From Macrostomum lignano (lineage: Eukaryota), in assembly GCA_002269645.1 (NCBI GenBank), contig NIVC01004010.1, positions 1-64,000 on the forward strand: DNA of 64,000 nucleotides. Direction: 5' to 3'. The position numbers and the translations under genes are program-made. A model generated the notes under the pieces. That model saw nothing but the letters and a program-made list of their open reading frames with translations. It made no database searches and had not been told where the DNA came from. Below, piece by piece: positions 15,010 through 27,718 of the stretch; the first letter of the stretch is position 1; the number at the start of each line of letters is the position of its first letter.

Positions 15010-17566
15010 TCCAATCTTATCCTAAACACAAGACCATAGCATTGTGTAGATCTCATCCTAAACACAAGACCATAGCATTGTGTAAATCTCATCCTAAACA
15101 CAAGACCATAGCATTGTGTAAATCTCATCCTAAACACAAGACCATAGCATTGTGTAGATCTCATCCTAAACACAAGACCATAGAATTGTGTAGATCTCAT
15201 CCTAAACACAAGACCATAGCATTGTGTAGATCTCATCCTAAACACAAGACCATAGAATTGTGTAGATCTCATCCTAAACACAAGACCATAGCATTGTGTA
15301 AATCTCATCCTAAACACAAGACCATAGCATTGTGTAGATCTCATCCTAAACACAAGACCATAGCATTGTGTAAATCTCATCCTAAACACAAGACCATAGC
15401 ATTGTGTAAATCTCATCCTAAACACAAGACCATAGCATTGTGTAAACACAAGAAAAAATTCTTGCATGCACCGGTTTGTCAGCTCATACTGAGGAAAAAT
15501 GAGAACAACAGCAACTCTGAAAGTATATAAAGAATTTTTGAGGTGAAACAAGTTGCTGACACGCAAGCTGGCTGTCAGCTCAGTTAATTGGCAACAATGA
15601 GTTGCTACTCAGGCAGCAGCAGAGAAGCTTTCCATCCAATTCAAGTCGATGTTGATCTCTCAGCTACCCAGGCTTGCACTTGCCGCAGCGAGAGGAGAGA
15701 GGGAGGCATGCGCAGTCATGTGCCCTCCCCCTGGTCCATCTCGCATAAAATTTTATTCTAATGCCGCGCTGGGCCGCCCAGCACCGCCTCAGGCAGTGGC
15801 GCCAGCGCAATAAGCAGATACTCTCGAATACGGAGAGCCCAGGCAGCTCAGGCTGAGCGAGCTCTCAGTGGCAACAATTCAGGTAAAATTCTTTCGGGTC
15901 TGAGAGAGAGAGAGAGAGAGGGAGAGAGAGAGAAAGATCGGCGCTGATGCTTTGCCAGTCAAAGGAAGCCGCATGTAGAATGGCTGGAGAATGTGAGAAC
16001 CGCAGAGCCAGAGCAGTTTGGCCCTGCTTGGCACTCAATCGTGTTTAGCATTGTAGAGAGTAGCGGCCTGAAGTTTATGGCAAAACGACTGCGGCTGTGC
16101 AATGCAATGGCAGGCAATCTTAATTAACTAGCGCAGTCATTTATGACCAGCCAATGGGAGTGCGTTTAGCCCTCTGCCACAGGTGAGTCAGCAAAGTGAC
16201 TCTGCCCACCCTGCATGTCTGTTTCCAATCAGAAAGTTTAACATTGTTTATGAGCTGATGAACTCGTCTGATGTTTTTGGATACTATAGAGGCACAAAAC
16301 TATCGATAAACAGTCTGTCAAATTCCACCTGGGAAGTACACATATCGGTCAATCAAAGCACATAGGAGGTAAACATAAAATAACGACCTATAAAAGCAAT
16401 CAAAGGCTGAAACATGGCGGTCTATCAGATCACAAGGGATTCTTTATGTAGCTGTCAGTCTGTTTGCTTGTTGTGTCAGTTTGTTTGTGTTGTGTCAGTC
16501 TGTGTGTTGTGTCAGTTTGTGTTGTGTTGTGTCAATTTGTGTTGTGTTGTGTCAGTTTGTGTTGTGTTTTGTCAGTTTGTTTGTGTTGTCAGTTTGTGTG
16601 TTGTGTCAGATTGTTTGTGTTGTGTCAGTCTGTTTGTGTTGTGTCAGTTTGTGTTGTGTTGTGTCAATTTGTGTTGTGTTGTGTCAGTTTGTGTTGTGTT
16701 TTGTCAGTTTGTTTGTGTTGTCAGTTTGTGTGTTGTGTCAGATTGTTTGTGTTGTGTCAGTCTGTTTGTGTTGTGTCAGTTTGTTTGTGTGTTGTGCCAG
16801 TCTGTGTTGTGTCAGTCTGTTTGTGTTGTGTCAGTCTGTTTGTTTTTTGTCAGTTTGTTTGTGCGTTGTGGTAGTTTGTGTTGTATTGTGTCAGTTTGTG
16901 TTGTGTTGTGTAGTTTGTTTGTGTTGTGTCAGATTGTTTGTGTTGTGTTGTGTCAGTTGTTTGTGTTGTGTTGTGTCAGATTGTTTGTGTTGTGTTGTGT
17001 CAGTTGTTTGTGTTGTGTTGTGTCAGATTGTTTGTGTTGTGTTGTGTCAGTTGTTTGTGTTGTGTCAGTCTGTGTTGTGTCAGTTTTTTGGTGTTGTGTC
17101 AGTTGTTTGTGTTGTGTCGGTTTGTGTGTTGAATCAGTTTGTTTGTGTGTTGTGTCAGTTGTCTGTGTGTTGTGTCAGTTTGTTTGTGTAGATGTCAGTC
17201 TGTGTGTTGTGTCAGTTTGTTCGTCCATCGGACTGCAGAGTTATGAAAACTGATCGTCCAGGGAGAAACAACAAACCGTTTATTGGTAAAACATTGATCC
17301 AAAACTCACCCGGGACTTCGCGGCCCCACCGCCCCAGAGTATCCGTAGCCAACATCGACGTCGAAAGACGGATTGGCCAGCGAGTAGGGCGAGGACAAGT
17401 CGACACTGACTTTGGCCGGCTGCGCAGACTCGATGGTGCGCACCTCCGTCCTGTACTCGCGCGAGTACTGCACGCCGCCGCCTACCTCGCCGCCGCCTTG
17501 GTAGGACACGTCAACGGAGTGCGGCGACCGCTCGGTGGTCAGATAGCTGTCGTGAAATTTGATCAT
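8628..17566 (-). CDS. p120/delta-catenin (CTNND/ARVCF/PKP4) family armadillo protein with C-terminal DSWV PDZ-binding motif
   Basis: Exons 17566-17310, 14724-14217, 13473-12945, 12578-12350, 12164-11356, 10988-10669, 9217-8986 and 8795-8628 have GT-AG ends and consistent phases. ARM motifs align with p120 family consensus: RDPTMADLVAYL..NATAFIQH, AVWNISS, LLPHAG, LENCLCAVRNLAF, FEAAAGTVQNLAACSW, LRDEFGW. The protein ends VADSWV*. Single-base deletions near 14590 and 11862 must be corrected. An alternative first exon at 17731-17661 is possible. Confidence 0.92.
9390..10535. repeat. Intronic 20-bp minisatellite (GATTGACAGATTGGAA[GG/TG]TA), about 55 copies
   Basis: Tandem repetition; explains the 506, 416 and 198 aa low-complexity ORFs. 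Confidence 0.97.
10997..11345. repeat. (ATTG)n microsatellite filling a catenin intron
   Basis: Directly visible tetranucleotide run. Confidence 0.97.
12625..12850. repeat. Degenerate AGGGAATCCTAG-type minisatellite in a catenin intron
   Basis: Repeated AGGGAA(T/A)(C/G)CTAG units. Confidence 0.8.
13642..14175. repeat. 14-15 bp minisatellite (GGGTAGGCAAGCTA[A])
   Basis: Tandem repetition within a catenin intron. Confidence 0.95.
14918..15447. repeat. (GA)n run followed by a 36-bp minisatellite (ATCTCATCCTAAACACAAGACCATAGCATTGTGTA[G/A])
   Basis: About 12 near-identical 36-mers; the 12-aa periodicity in ORF 15042-15530 confirms the unit length. Confidence 0.95.
16445..17222. repeat. TG-rich degenerate satellite (GTGTTGTGTCAGTTT)
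   Basis: Low-complexity tandem array; source of the Cys/Val-rich spurious ORFs. Confidence 0.93.
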
Positions 17567-19767
17567 AGCTAACAGTCATAGTTGCCACTCTAAGCGTTCT
17601 ATTTATAGCCAAACGGGTGGCTCATTTCCTGTTGAAAATTTGCAGGGAAAATCAACTTACACTCTGTTGGCGTAGCCGGGACTGGCGGCTGCTGAGCTAC
17701 CGTTGAAAGTGGAGAATCGCAGGTCAGCCATGCTAATGAGGCGGAATAGTGAATAAACACTTGTAGGGTGTGTTGAATGCTAAAGTACGGGAATTTTGGT
17801 AGCGTGCCTTTATTAATTTTTACTCAGGAATTCTAAGCAGGAGTTCAGATGCTGATTTTTCCGCTGCTGCTGAAATTTATGAGTCGGTCAGCTCCTTCGG
17901 TGGTTGACGCCTCGGTAGGAGAGCCGGTGATGACTGGGCGCCTGTGGTGGCGTGCCGCGCGGCTGCTATGCAGGCGGAGAGAGACTACTAGGGAGAATGA
18001 CGGGGGCGGGTCAGGCTGAGCAGCTCTGAGCTGCTGCCGCTTGGTTTTTGTCTTCGCCTGCCTGAGCAGAGAGACTCAGCAGAGAATCCGAGTCGGGGGG
18101 GGGGCGATTGGCCCGGCGGAGCGGCTCTCGGGGCAATCAGTGCGAAGGAGATCGCGCGATAGGTGGAAGCGGCTGCCCCCACTGGCTTAGAGACAGACAG
18201 AGACGGACAGACAGGGGGAACACAGGGAGGGCGAACAGCGCGGTAAGCGGCAGTGCCGAAGTTGTACTCAGCGCCTGAGTTTGTATAAGAATTCCATTTT
18301 TAGACTGCCAAAACCTGGCGGGCCACCCCAACTCCTCAGCCTCTACCAGCCCTGCGGCTGCGTGCAAATGCTTTCCTCTCTGGGCGCGGGCACAATGGGG
18401 CTCTCCAGTCTCCGTTTGCATTCTTTGTCTGGACCCTCCTGGCACAATGCGGTGAAGCAGGGAATTTGAAGGGTTGACAGGGCTTTGGCAAGCAGAGAAT
18501 TTGTATCGCTTCCATTGGAAGCTGGCACTTAACCGAGCATGAAAAGCTTCCAGAGCCAAGAGAAACTCGTCTCTACAGAGCCAGAAAATTCGGAGTAGAC
18601 ACATACCAATCACTCACACGCACACTCACTCAAACACACACACTCACGGGCGTGCCAGCACACAAAACGCACCACTCAGCAATTAAAATACATCTGCACC
18701 CAGAGGGCCCGGCAGAGTAAAGCTGGTGCAGAGAGAGAGCCCTAAAGTTTTATGGCTGCACAAGCCAAGTACACCTGGACCCAGAGTCTGGACTGTCAAC
18801 TGTTCCCCCCGAACACCCATTTTTAAGACACTATTGAGTCTCTAGCAGTGTCTTTGTAATTTACAAGCAGCAGATAGACGAGCTTCAATAGAACTAACTA
18901 ACCGTAACCTAAATTCAGAGAGCCACAAATCTCTACACTTATATAGTTCTATCAAATTTCACTTTGCGTTCGTTGGTGTCATTTTAAAGCGGCACATTTC
19001 TTCTTTCTACTAATCTACTTACTATATTCAGTCTTGTATATACTCAGCAACATCGAAAAGTCTTCATTATTCCGTCTGTGGTCGCCACTTCTGAGAGTGC
19101 AGGTGAAGTCTCTCAAACTTTGCGAGTGACGCAACTCAGCTACACCGCGGCAGACTTGCGTTGAGGAATGAAGTGGGGGGAGCGGTGTGCGAGGGTTGGA
19201 TGGATCAAAGCTACCCGATCAGTTTTGTCGTATCTTTTATTCCAGAATAGTCCAAGAGAAATTGCTCACTGGCGCATAGAGTGGCGACTTTTTAATGTTG
19301 CTGAGTATATTTTGGTCATTCCATTGCAATGCCACTGATAGTGTTACAGTGAAGGGAAAAACGAATGTTAAGTGCGATGTTTAGTCCCAACAGAAACTAA
19401 GTGTTGTCTTTTGTTGGTCTGTCTCGTCATCGTCACCTTTTCAAGGCAGTCTTCTCAACAGTCTCCACCTGTAGCAATACACTTCTCCCATCGCTTGAGC
19501 AATCTCGTCAATGGCATCAAAATCTTGAAAGACCATGGGAGAATGCGCCGATCCTTGTCTTCCAAATGATCCCTGCTGGGAACAACTCGCCGCCTCAAAT
19601 GGCTGTTCAGCTGCGGAAAAGAAACAAATCAGCTGGCACGACATCCAGCGAGTACGGAGTTCGCGGTAGAAGTTCAAATTTGAAGAGCTGGCAGTCCAGA
19701 CTCCGGCTCCAGGACGTCAGTGTTTTGTCAAAGAAAGACGCCTTTAGAAGACATAAAGATGATGCTG

Positions 19768-21481
19768 TCATTTGTCATGTGCCAGTGCAGCCTTCCTTGG
19801 GGAAATCGAGTAATTCGGTGTAGAGGCTGCCACATTTCGCTGCCACACGAAGCCGTAGTCAATGGAGAACTTGAGCTTATCGCAGTCCATGCGCTGCGGT
19901 CGGATCTCAAGCTTCAACAGATTCGCATTAGCGAAGGCGATGGCGGCCGGAGACATGGAGGAGCTTTCAGAGCTGGCGTTGACCAGAAACTCGAGACCCG
20001 GAACCGAGATTCCCTTGAGAACCGCCGTGTCCCTGGCGTCGGCCACCGTAGTTCCAATGAACGCGCGGAGAGAAGTTGAGGTGGGCCAGCTGGCGCTGGA
20101 GATCTGGGCGTCATAGATGAGGCTCGAGCAGGGCGCGCGGCTCTTGCAGGCCGATGCGGTCGCTTCATCAAAATTTTTCGGAGTCGATTCGATTTTAGAT
20201 ACTTCAGCTGGCAGATGATCCAATTTGTTACTCGGACCGGACATGTTCAGAGTCGTCTGCGAGTGCCGTAGCCTCCAAGTTGTCGGAATGCCGGGCGTTG
20301 TAAAGTTGTAAATAGCAAGCGAATTTTCGTTGAATTTGTCAAAGTAGCAGTAGGAATAGGAGTAGCTATGGCTGTAGGGTTCAAAGTCGTAGGGGTTCAG
20401 AAACTGAATGAGATCGTTAGTGCTAACGCAGTCGAACTGATCTGCATTTCGCTCTTCTTGTCGCATTGAAAGCTCAATCTGAAAGTAATCAGATGGGTTC
20501 ATTCACATTCAATATTGATTTAGCAATTCAGCGATGCATCGCAGCAATGACCCACCTGATAGTACTTTCCCGGCTCGAGTAAAATCGAGGTTCCAAAATT
20601 GGACGGGTATTCCCCTGGCGGCATGAGGAAGAGCCGAACTCCTGAGCGCCTGTCTGGTCTGAGGCTATCACGCAGTGCCAGCGGCCAATCAGTCACAGGC
20701 ATTCTTATGTAGACTGGTGTGCCCGTGTTGCGCTTCCTGTATTCAGCATAGACGGGCGATTCAACAGATTTCCCGGTAAGATTTGGCGCAGACATCTCGT
20801 CCAGGTTGTCCAGAAACATCGCAATCTCAAGGCTGTTTCGACTTTGAATGCTTTGGAGCTCAGAGTTGTTGTCAGCTGACCATCTGAAGCATCTCAATTG
20901 GGTCTGGTGATAGAACTGAGTGAATGGCACTGGAAATTCTTCAGCAAAGCCGTTCTTGTTTGCCTTGAGAACACTGCTGAGGAGAACGGCTTGCTCCGCT
21001 CTGTGAGCCAGAGCACTTACTAGCAGAGTGTAGGGAATCGATAATGGGTAAACATAGCTTGCAGTGAGTTTCAGTTTTTCCACCTGTTGCGCAATATCTG
21101 CTTCACTTGAGCCTGGCGTATTCTTCAATGAATTGCGTACACTTCGCTCGATTGCAGCTGATATCTCTGTTAGGCTGTCGTTGAGCTGCTGGATGATGCT
21201 GTCGCTCATGCTCGCAGAGTAGGTGCCGGACACAGGGTTCTCGAAGCAAGCGTACACGTCCGGGAACTGGAAGCGCACGCTTTCGGCCTCTAGAGATGAG
21301 GTCACCTGCCGACTCTGCAGCTTGACTGCGAAGCCGACCAAACCGCGGAGGAGCAGGCACAGGAAGAAGAAGAAGAGCAGGAGCCAGGCCACGCGTATGA
21401 AGAGCGGCTTGGCACTGACGAGTCGGGACAACCGTGCGCTGAGGTGGCCTCGCAGGCGGCTGGCAGTTTCAGCTGTAGCAT
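19768..21481 (-). CDS. DEG/ENaC (amiloride-sensitive sodium channel family)-like gene, 2 exons; TM2 not recognisable, possibly pseudogene
   Basis: ATG at 21481 gives MLQLKLPAACEATSAHG (pre-TM1 HG motif). A 1-nt deletion near 21432 links to SRLVSAKPLFIRVAWLLLFFFFLCLLL (TM1) and FQFPDVYAC. GVRLFL.PPGEYP follows, then a phase-0 intron at 20555-20479, then C..PC..LIYDAQISSASWP and NLLKLEI. No GG.LGL..G.S TM2 was found downstream. Confidence 0.75.
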
Positions 21482-23262
21482 GACAGACGTGCGCTTGCTT
21501 GGCTTTGCTGAAGGGAAACAGCAGTTGCGAGTGTTTGTTGGGGAAAAAGTTTTTGAAAATGAGCGCGCCAAAACTTTTTCAGCGTTTTTTTAACAAGTCT
21601 ATCCGAATTTTGCAAGGTAGCCGATAGATCCTGTCGTGCATTCAGCCAGTTGACAGCAGCAGGTTATTAGAGTAAGAGGGGCAAAAATGCCCGCCTGGGT
21701 GCACCAATGAAATGTTCAGAGATATGGGAATGGGGGGCAGGAAGGAATAGGTTGGCTAGCATTGGTGAGTCAAGAAGGGGTTTGGGGCGATCGATAAAAC
21801 GGTGTAAAGTACGAGTATACAGCGAAGGGGAGAGGCAGGGGCAGGTAAATAGTACAATATTTCATAATTGAATAGATGGAATATGAGCGTAGCAGCGCCT
21901 GATCAGCCTGAGCAAGTTCCAGTAAGGATCCTTTGTATACAGGAGTGTGTCAGCCAGTTCCGGTATTAGCATAATTGAAAGCAAATATTACCAGCGCGAA
22001 TCAATAAACATATTTAGATCAGTATTTATTGAATTGGCTGTCACTGGCTGCATTTGTATAGGCTAAAAGAGTTCACACGTACTCCTGCGCATGCTCACTG
22101 CCTCCGATGGTTCAAGTGGCAAATTATTGTGTTTAATTAATATTCTGGAAGCAGCAGCTGTGCAGTGGAATGCAATATGTTGTGTCGGTGGCAGGCAAGG
22201 TAATTAGATAAGGGCAGCTTAGTAGATGGCTCTGTGGTAATAGTTTTGCACTCTAGGATTGCCTCCTGGACATATCCTTCTATTTTCAGGTTCTGTCTGT
22301 AAAGTTCCCTCCCCCGGTGTCATGCGCCCCCCCCCCCGGTGTCATGCGCCCCCCCACGGGAGAGCTTGCCGACAGCTTGATCTATTGGAAAGCTGCAACT
22401 CAGAGCCAGGTGTGAGGTGGCGTAATTGATGTACGTATACGTTACAGAAAACTGGAGGGGTCAGGCACACTGGGAGGTTTGGGGCGGGTCTGGGGAAAAA
22501 TAGGGCACGATAGCACAACACCTTAATTATTTAAGAATAACTAAGCTGAAAAAGGCATTCATTCTTCGCATAGATTGCAAGGTTAATAAAATTAAGATTT
22601 TCATCATTTGGGATAGTTTGAACTACGACGTTTGCTTTGGGAAGTTTGTTTTCGAGGAATTTACTTGTCAACGTTATTTTGCGGAGTTTTTTCGGAGTTA
22701 TTTGGGCAAAATCCATCTCGACTTTACTTTTAGTCCCTCTACTTTAGCTGTCCACGGCAGGTACATTTATTCCAACGAGAATAAAATTAGTATACATGTA
22801 TTTTCATGAAGTAGGCGCTCAATACGAAATCAAGGGCAACTCTAGCAGAAGGATGCTACGCTCGATTTTCTAAGAAATGGGCTCGAGGCCGGTAAGGAAT
22901 GCATAAATATAGTGCGTTCTGTATGCTCTAGAGAACGCATACGCACTTGAAAAATCCGATCTTTTGAGAGAATACAATTCTGGTGATGATCTGACGGCAT
23001 GTACGAGCTAACTACAAGAAGCTTGACTGACGACACAAGCGCGTTTAAAGCCCAAAACCTGGTGTTTGTGCAGCTACGAGTGTTTCGGTAGCTTTATTCG
23101 ACTTCTATTTTACATCCAAGAGACTTGAATAAATAGTCCACTCTTAATCTGAATGCAGCAAAGCAATTAACTGTCACATATGTTGCTTTGGTTGTTTGTC
23201 AAGTTCTTCAATGTTGATAACTGAAGCAGCTTCATCGATCAGTCAGTCCTTCAGATGTCCTT

Positions 23263-26019
23263 TCAGTTCGAAGCCGATTGCATTGGGTTCGCTGGCACAG
23301 TCCAGCCCACTGGCACGCCATTCTTAGCGTTGTAGTCCTTCAGCCAGTTGTGCAGCGGCTGGAAGTACTCCATCAGTGCATCGGCTGAGATGTCCCTCCG
23401 GCCGGTCAGCTGTTGGAGAGCGTCCGGCCACGGCTTGGACCGGCCGAGTTGCAGCATGCGCCTGTTAGTAAAATTGATCGATTTTTGCTTTGGACATGAG
23501 CGAACTTGCATCAAATATTTCGATAAAGCTCTGAATAAAATAAGATTATTTCTGCTTCTGGCTTCTGGCTTCTGACTTCTGGCTTTAGCACAGCTCTTAC
23601 CGCAGTTTGTCCCCGGCAGCGGTTGATTTGTAGAAGTCGCAGGTGGACAATGGTCCTTTGTGACCGGCTTCTTCGCACATGGCCTTATAGAATTGGAACT
23701 TCAGCAGAAAGCTAATGAAGTATCTGAAATGCGATTAAGCAAGACAAGCAGTCGTTTATTTTACTTCAACAAATAACGAAAAGTAGTGATGCGTTTCTTT
23801 TCTGGGCAAAAGCACTATTTTTTATTCACTGTTCAGGGCACCCACCTTACGTAACCGATGTTCTTCGCGGCATGGTACTTGGACAGAGCGTCGGTATCCG
23901 CCTCGGATCTTGAGACTGAAGGACCAACACCGGCGTAGAGGCCCCTCAGCCGCCACCAGTCCTGGTTGAGTTGTTCCTTCGGCACCTCACCGCTAATGTA
24001 TCGCCACTTCCAAAGGTCAACCGTCATTGCAAACGGTAGGAACATGACGTTTTCGAGAGCTTGCGTTAGTTGTGTGTTCACTTGAGACTCTGGAAAGTGT
24101 TAATGTTACTCAGTACGAACTCTTCCTTTAAAAAAGAACGCGGAATATTTGAATTGCCATATTTACGTACCATGCGTATCATTTAAATGTTTGGCAAACT
24201 TAATAGCCTGAAAGTGCTCTGCCGTCTTCACAGATAATGTGATTGTGTCTCCAATAGCCTCGTGAAAGCCACTATTCGCGCTACCTTGGAACAGGACCGG
24301 CTGGTGAGAGTACAGCATGAAGTACATTATGTGTCCCATCTCGTGATGAACCGTGCTGAAGCTGCTCATGTCCATTCGGGTGCACATCTTGATGCGGAAG
24401 TCGTCTCTTGACGCGCTGTGCATGTCGAAAGCGGTTCCGTGACAGTTCATTTTGTGGTCCTTCGGCTTTAGAAACACGCTCTTACGCCAGAATGTTTCTG
24501 TCATCTTTGGCAGTCCCAGACTTCTGTAGAACTCGTCGGCGACGTGAGGAAGCTGTGGCACAGTCAGGAGACCACGCCTCTCCCTGTCCTTGAGAATGCC
24601 GTCGAAATCGATGGACTCGGCTGCTGGGAACGGAACGAACTCATTGTGCCACTTTGTGTATTGGGATCCCCAAGGATCGTCGCCAAGGTGACCAGGTAGA
24701 AGCCCGTTAGCTGCAAATTTTCCTGGATACTTCTGGTGCAGTCGGTGTCTTAGGTAGGCGTGCAGCTGCTCGTAGAGGGGTTTGAACTGGTTGTAGAGCG
24801 AGACGACTGTTTCCGGGAACTTTGGGTCCTCGAAATCGGTGAAATATTCAAAGAATGCGTAGTTTTTAAAGCCTGAAAGATGAATGAAATTCAATAAAGG
24901 TTTTGGTTGTCCAAAGCTGAATCGAGATAGTAGCTATTCAAAATGTAACCAATAACTGCCGAAAGCTCACCCGCAGGTCGAACGGATTCGTTGAGCAGCT
25001 GAGCTCTCTCTACGAACGCGTTTCGGAACTTTGCGCCAGTCGCATTGCGCCAAGACTTCCACAGATACCGCAGCTGGTCGTAGTCATTTTTGGTGCGAAA
25101 GAAGTTTTTCACGTTGTCCTCACCGCTGTCCAGGCACTTTCCTGGCGCGTAGCAGCCGACAGCCGTGTCGTAGCTTTGGCTCATCTGTGAATCCAGGTTT
25201 GACATCCGGCTAAGACAGGTAGGTGGTGGATGAGAGTAGGTTAGTTGTGGAAATCTGAGAGCTGTTCCAACTAATGTTATTTGTCTTACCTGGAATCCTT
25301 TCTTCTTCCGAACACCATGTTCCACTGCAGATCCCGGAGCATCCTTGCATCAGAAGCTGACAAACCGCTCATGCGTTTGCCTTTGAACTTCAGTGCAAAA
25401 AGCGTCAGCTTGCTGCTGAATCTGCGGTACTTTGTGTCCACTCTAGTCAACTGAAAGTAGATGATGAGACAGTATGGTGGTAGATGGTAATAGACGGGAC
25501 AGCGATACTGTTGCTATTTCAGCTAAAACACTTTTCCTAAAGAGCGCAGTCTTAAAACCCTGCCCCCCTTTTAACTGAACCTTACCAACTCCTTGTTCCT
25601 CTTGTTGATGTTGACGTTGTAGTGAAAGGAAGCCAGAGAAGATCGGTGCTTCCGCTTTCTGAGCTGCTGGTTGGCAAAGTGGATGAACCGACGGGCGCAT
25701 TTTGTCAGCTGAGATTCGGTCAGGCCGTCAAGGCTGTACTTCCAGCCTGATAATAGTGCAGATTTCGATCGATAAATGCGCTGATAGTTAAATTTGGAGC
25801 TGTAATTTATTTAGATAAATTGTCTAATATTTTCTAATAAAATATCTCACAATGCTTCCTGTGCTGGTCCCGCCTGAGTTTCATCAACAGGTGGCTGAGC
25901 TCGCTGGACTCATCGTCACGAAACCGATAGGCGTCGGCGCACAGGGCAAAAACTGCCATCACGGCGACTGCGAGCAGCAAGAGTCCGACGGGCCGGGTCG
26001 GCGAGCTGCTGAGCGTCAT
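23263..26019 (-). CDS. ACE: Angiotensin-converting enzyme-like M2 metallopeptidase, copy 1 (single catalytic domain, signal peptide, no TM anchor; ~665 aa)
   Basis: Exons 26019-25851, 25746-25586, 25450-25290, 25209-24971, 24872-24171, 24089-23846, 23723-23601 and 23461-23263 total 1998 nt, with all phases consistent. Motifs: [43 protein letters not shown]. Confidence 0.95.
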
Positions 26020-27086
26020 CGTGCCGCGTTTGTCTTGCTATCGAACAAAAGTTTGTTATATGAGATTTGTGAACTTGCACAGGCCAAAGCTGTGACAATT
26101 TATGTGAGAGCACAACGCCAAAAAAGGGTTTTGCAGACCTTTTTATGTATGAGAGCGCCTCAAGCTTTATGATGCACTTACTTAGCTCACCCTTTGCACA
26201 TTGTGGACATGCTTGTCACATGCCTCTCCCTCTCTACCCGCAACTCGTTTGTCTTCCGGCCTGTCAGCTCGAGCCTCAACCCCCGCCCCAACCTCACTCT
26301 CTCAAATCTTGGATTTCGGCCTCAGTGAGGTGCCATTGTTCCTTCGCCCCGCTTTGCTCTGCCAGCATCTGCTGCTTTCTGCATGGCTGATTCGTAGCTC
26401 ATTTTGGGCGTGGCTGCTTGCCTGCGCGCAGAGTTAAAACAACCTTCATCTCCAGCCGCCTCACACCATCGCATGGAACTGTGCAAACCCACGTCGCAGA
26501 GCAGTTTACTCTTAGGGAGGGTTGGATGACAATTATGCAGGTAGAAGGTGAACACGTGCCCCAACCAGCTCATGACCAACGAGTCTAGGTGTACGCATTT
26601 GTTAGCAGAATGCTCACAAACAGGCTTTACTCGGAGGGGTCGCTACAGTGCGTTCATTAAGAATCTATCTTAAGTATACTGTAACCAGTTAAATCTTGTT
26701 GAAAGATGCAAAGTATTTCAGCTAGTCTCGTTAAATATTAGATGTTGGAAAGCATGATGTCAATCAAAAAGTTTGTTTGCAAAGCTTTAAGCACTGCATT
26801 GGATCCCGTGCAAGCGGTTCGAGAATCGCCGTTTAATTAAAGCTGCGCGCTTCTTTCAGTGTATTTTTGGAAGAAATACATTGCATAATGATAAATGTCT
26901 TTCATCACAGCAATTACAACTCTCTCGGTTAGAAAGTAATCAAATGTGATAAACAGATAGAAAATAGTTTAGAAATCAGTTCCTTAAAAATTCGGGTTCG
27001 AAGGAACATAAATTATGGCATAACTTGCTGATTGAAAAAATTCTCAAAAACCATATTTAAAAATATTGATTCATCATAAACTACGG

Positions 27087-27575
27087 AAAAATACACTACG
27101 GAGATAGGAAGTTTTCTATTGCTTTCGATAGGAGGCAGACCCAATGTTCATCTTTTGATATGTTGTGCCTTTCTTATTGCTGTATTGATATTCATGAAGC
27201 TTTTCGTTTAGTAAATTAGGATTCTATGTTATGAGATAATGTTTTTTTCAACGTACATTATTTTTGTTCATGTTTTTGCCTAAAAACCATATAATCGCAC
27301 AGTTGGGTTCATTGTTTTTATGAATCTATTTTATGATTTTCAGCTGACTTTATAACAATATTATATAACAGAGATGATAAATAGGTTCATAAAACGCCAT
27401 GAGTCGAGCTGTTGCCATGCATTTTATGGTTTCTAGGTACAGGGAATGTACGTATGTGCCTTACGTATAATAAAGACACAACAAGTCAAAAGATGAACAT
27501 TGGATCCGCCTCCTATCAAAAGCAATAACAATTTTTGTGCTGAAAAAAAACTTCCTATCTCCGTAGTGTATTTTG
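27087..27575. repeat. ~100-bp inverted repeat pair (MITE-like); a third copy lies at ~30950-31100
   Basis: AAAATACACTACGGAGATAGGAAGTTTT...TTGATAGGAGGCAGACCCAATGTTCATCTTTTGA at 27087-27180 is matched in reverse complement at ~27470-27575. A related same-orientation copy sits in ACE copy 2 intron 1. Confidence 0.7.
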
Positions 27576-27718
27576 TCTGAAAAAGCTGCCTCGTAAAATT
27601 TTCACAAGAAACAAGGTTTCCCGTCCTTCTAGTTGAGTAGTCCCTGTGTGCAATGTGTACGTGAGTTCTTACAAGAGACAAACAAACGCATTCGCTTTTA
27701 TGCATTGCATTCGTCTCT

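Noticed and set aside
14904-17253. ORFs with CYGLVFRMRFTQ repeats and Cys/Val-rich keratin- or metallothionein-like ORFs
   Set aside because: Products of the 36-bp and TG-rich satellites in an intron.
17988-18613. Short ORFs upstream of the catenin gene (e.g. MPASNGSD...)
   Set aside because: No recognisable domain or supported splice path. More likely 5' UTR or promoter sequence.
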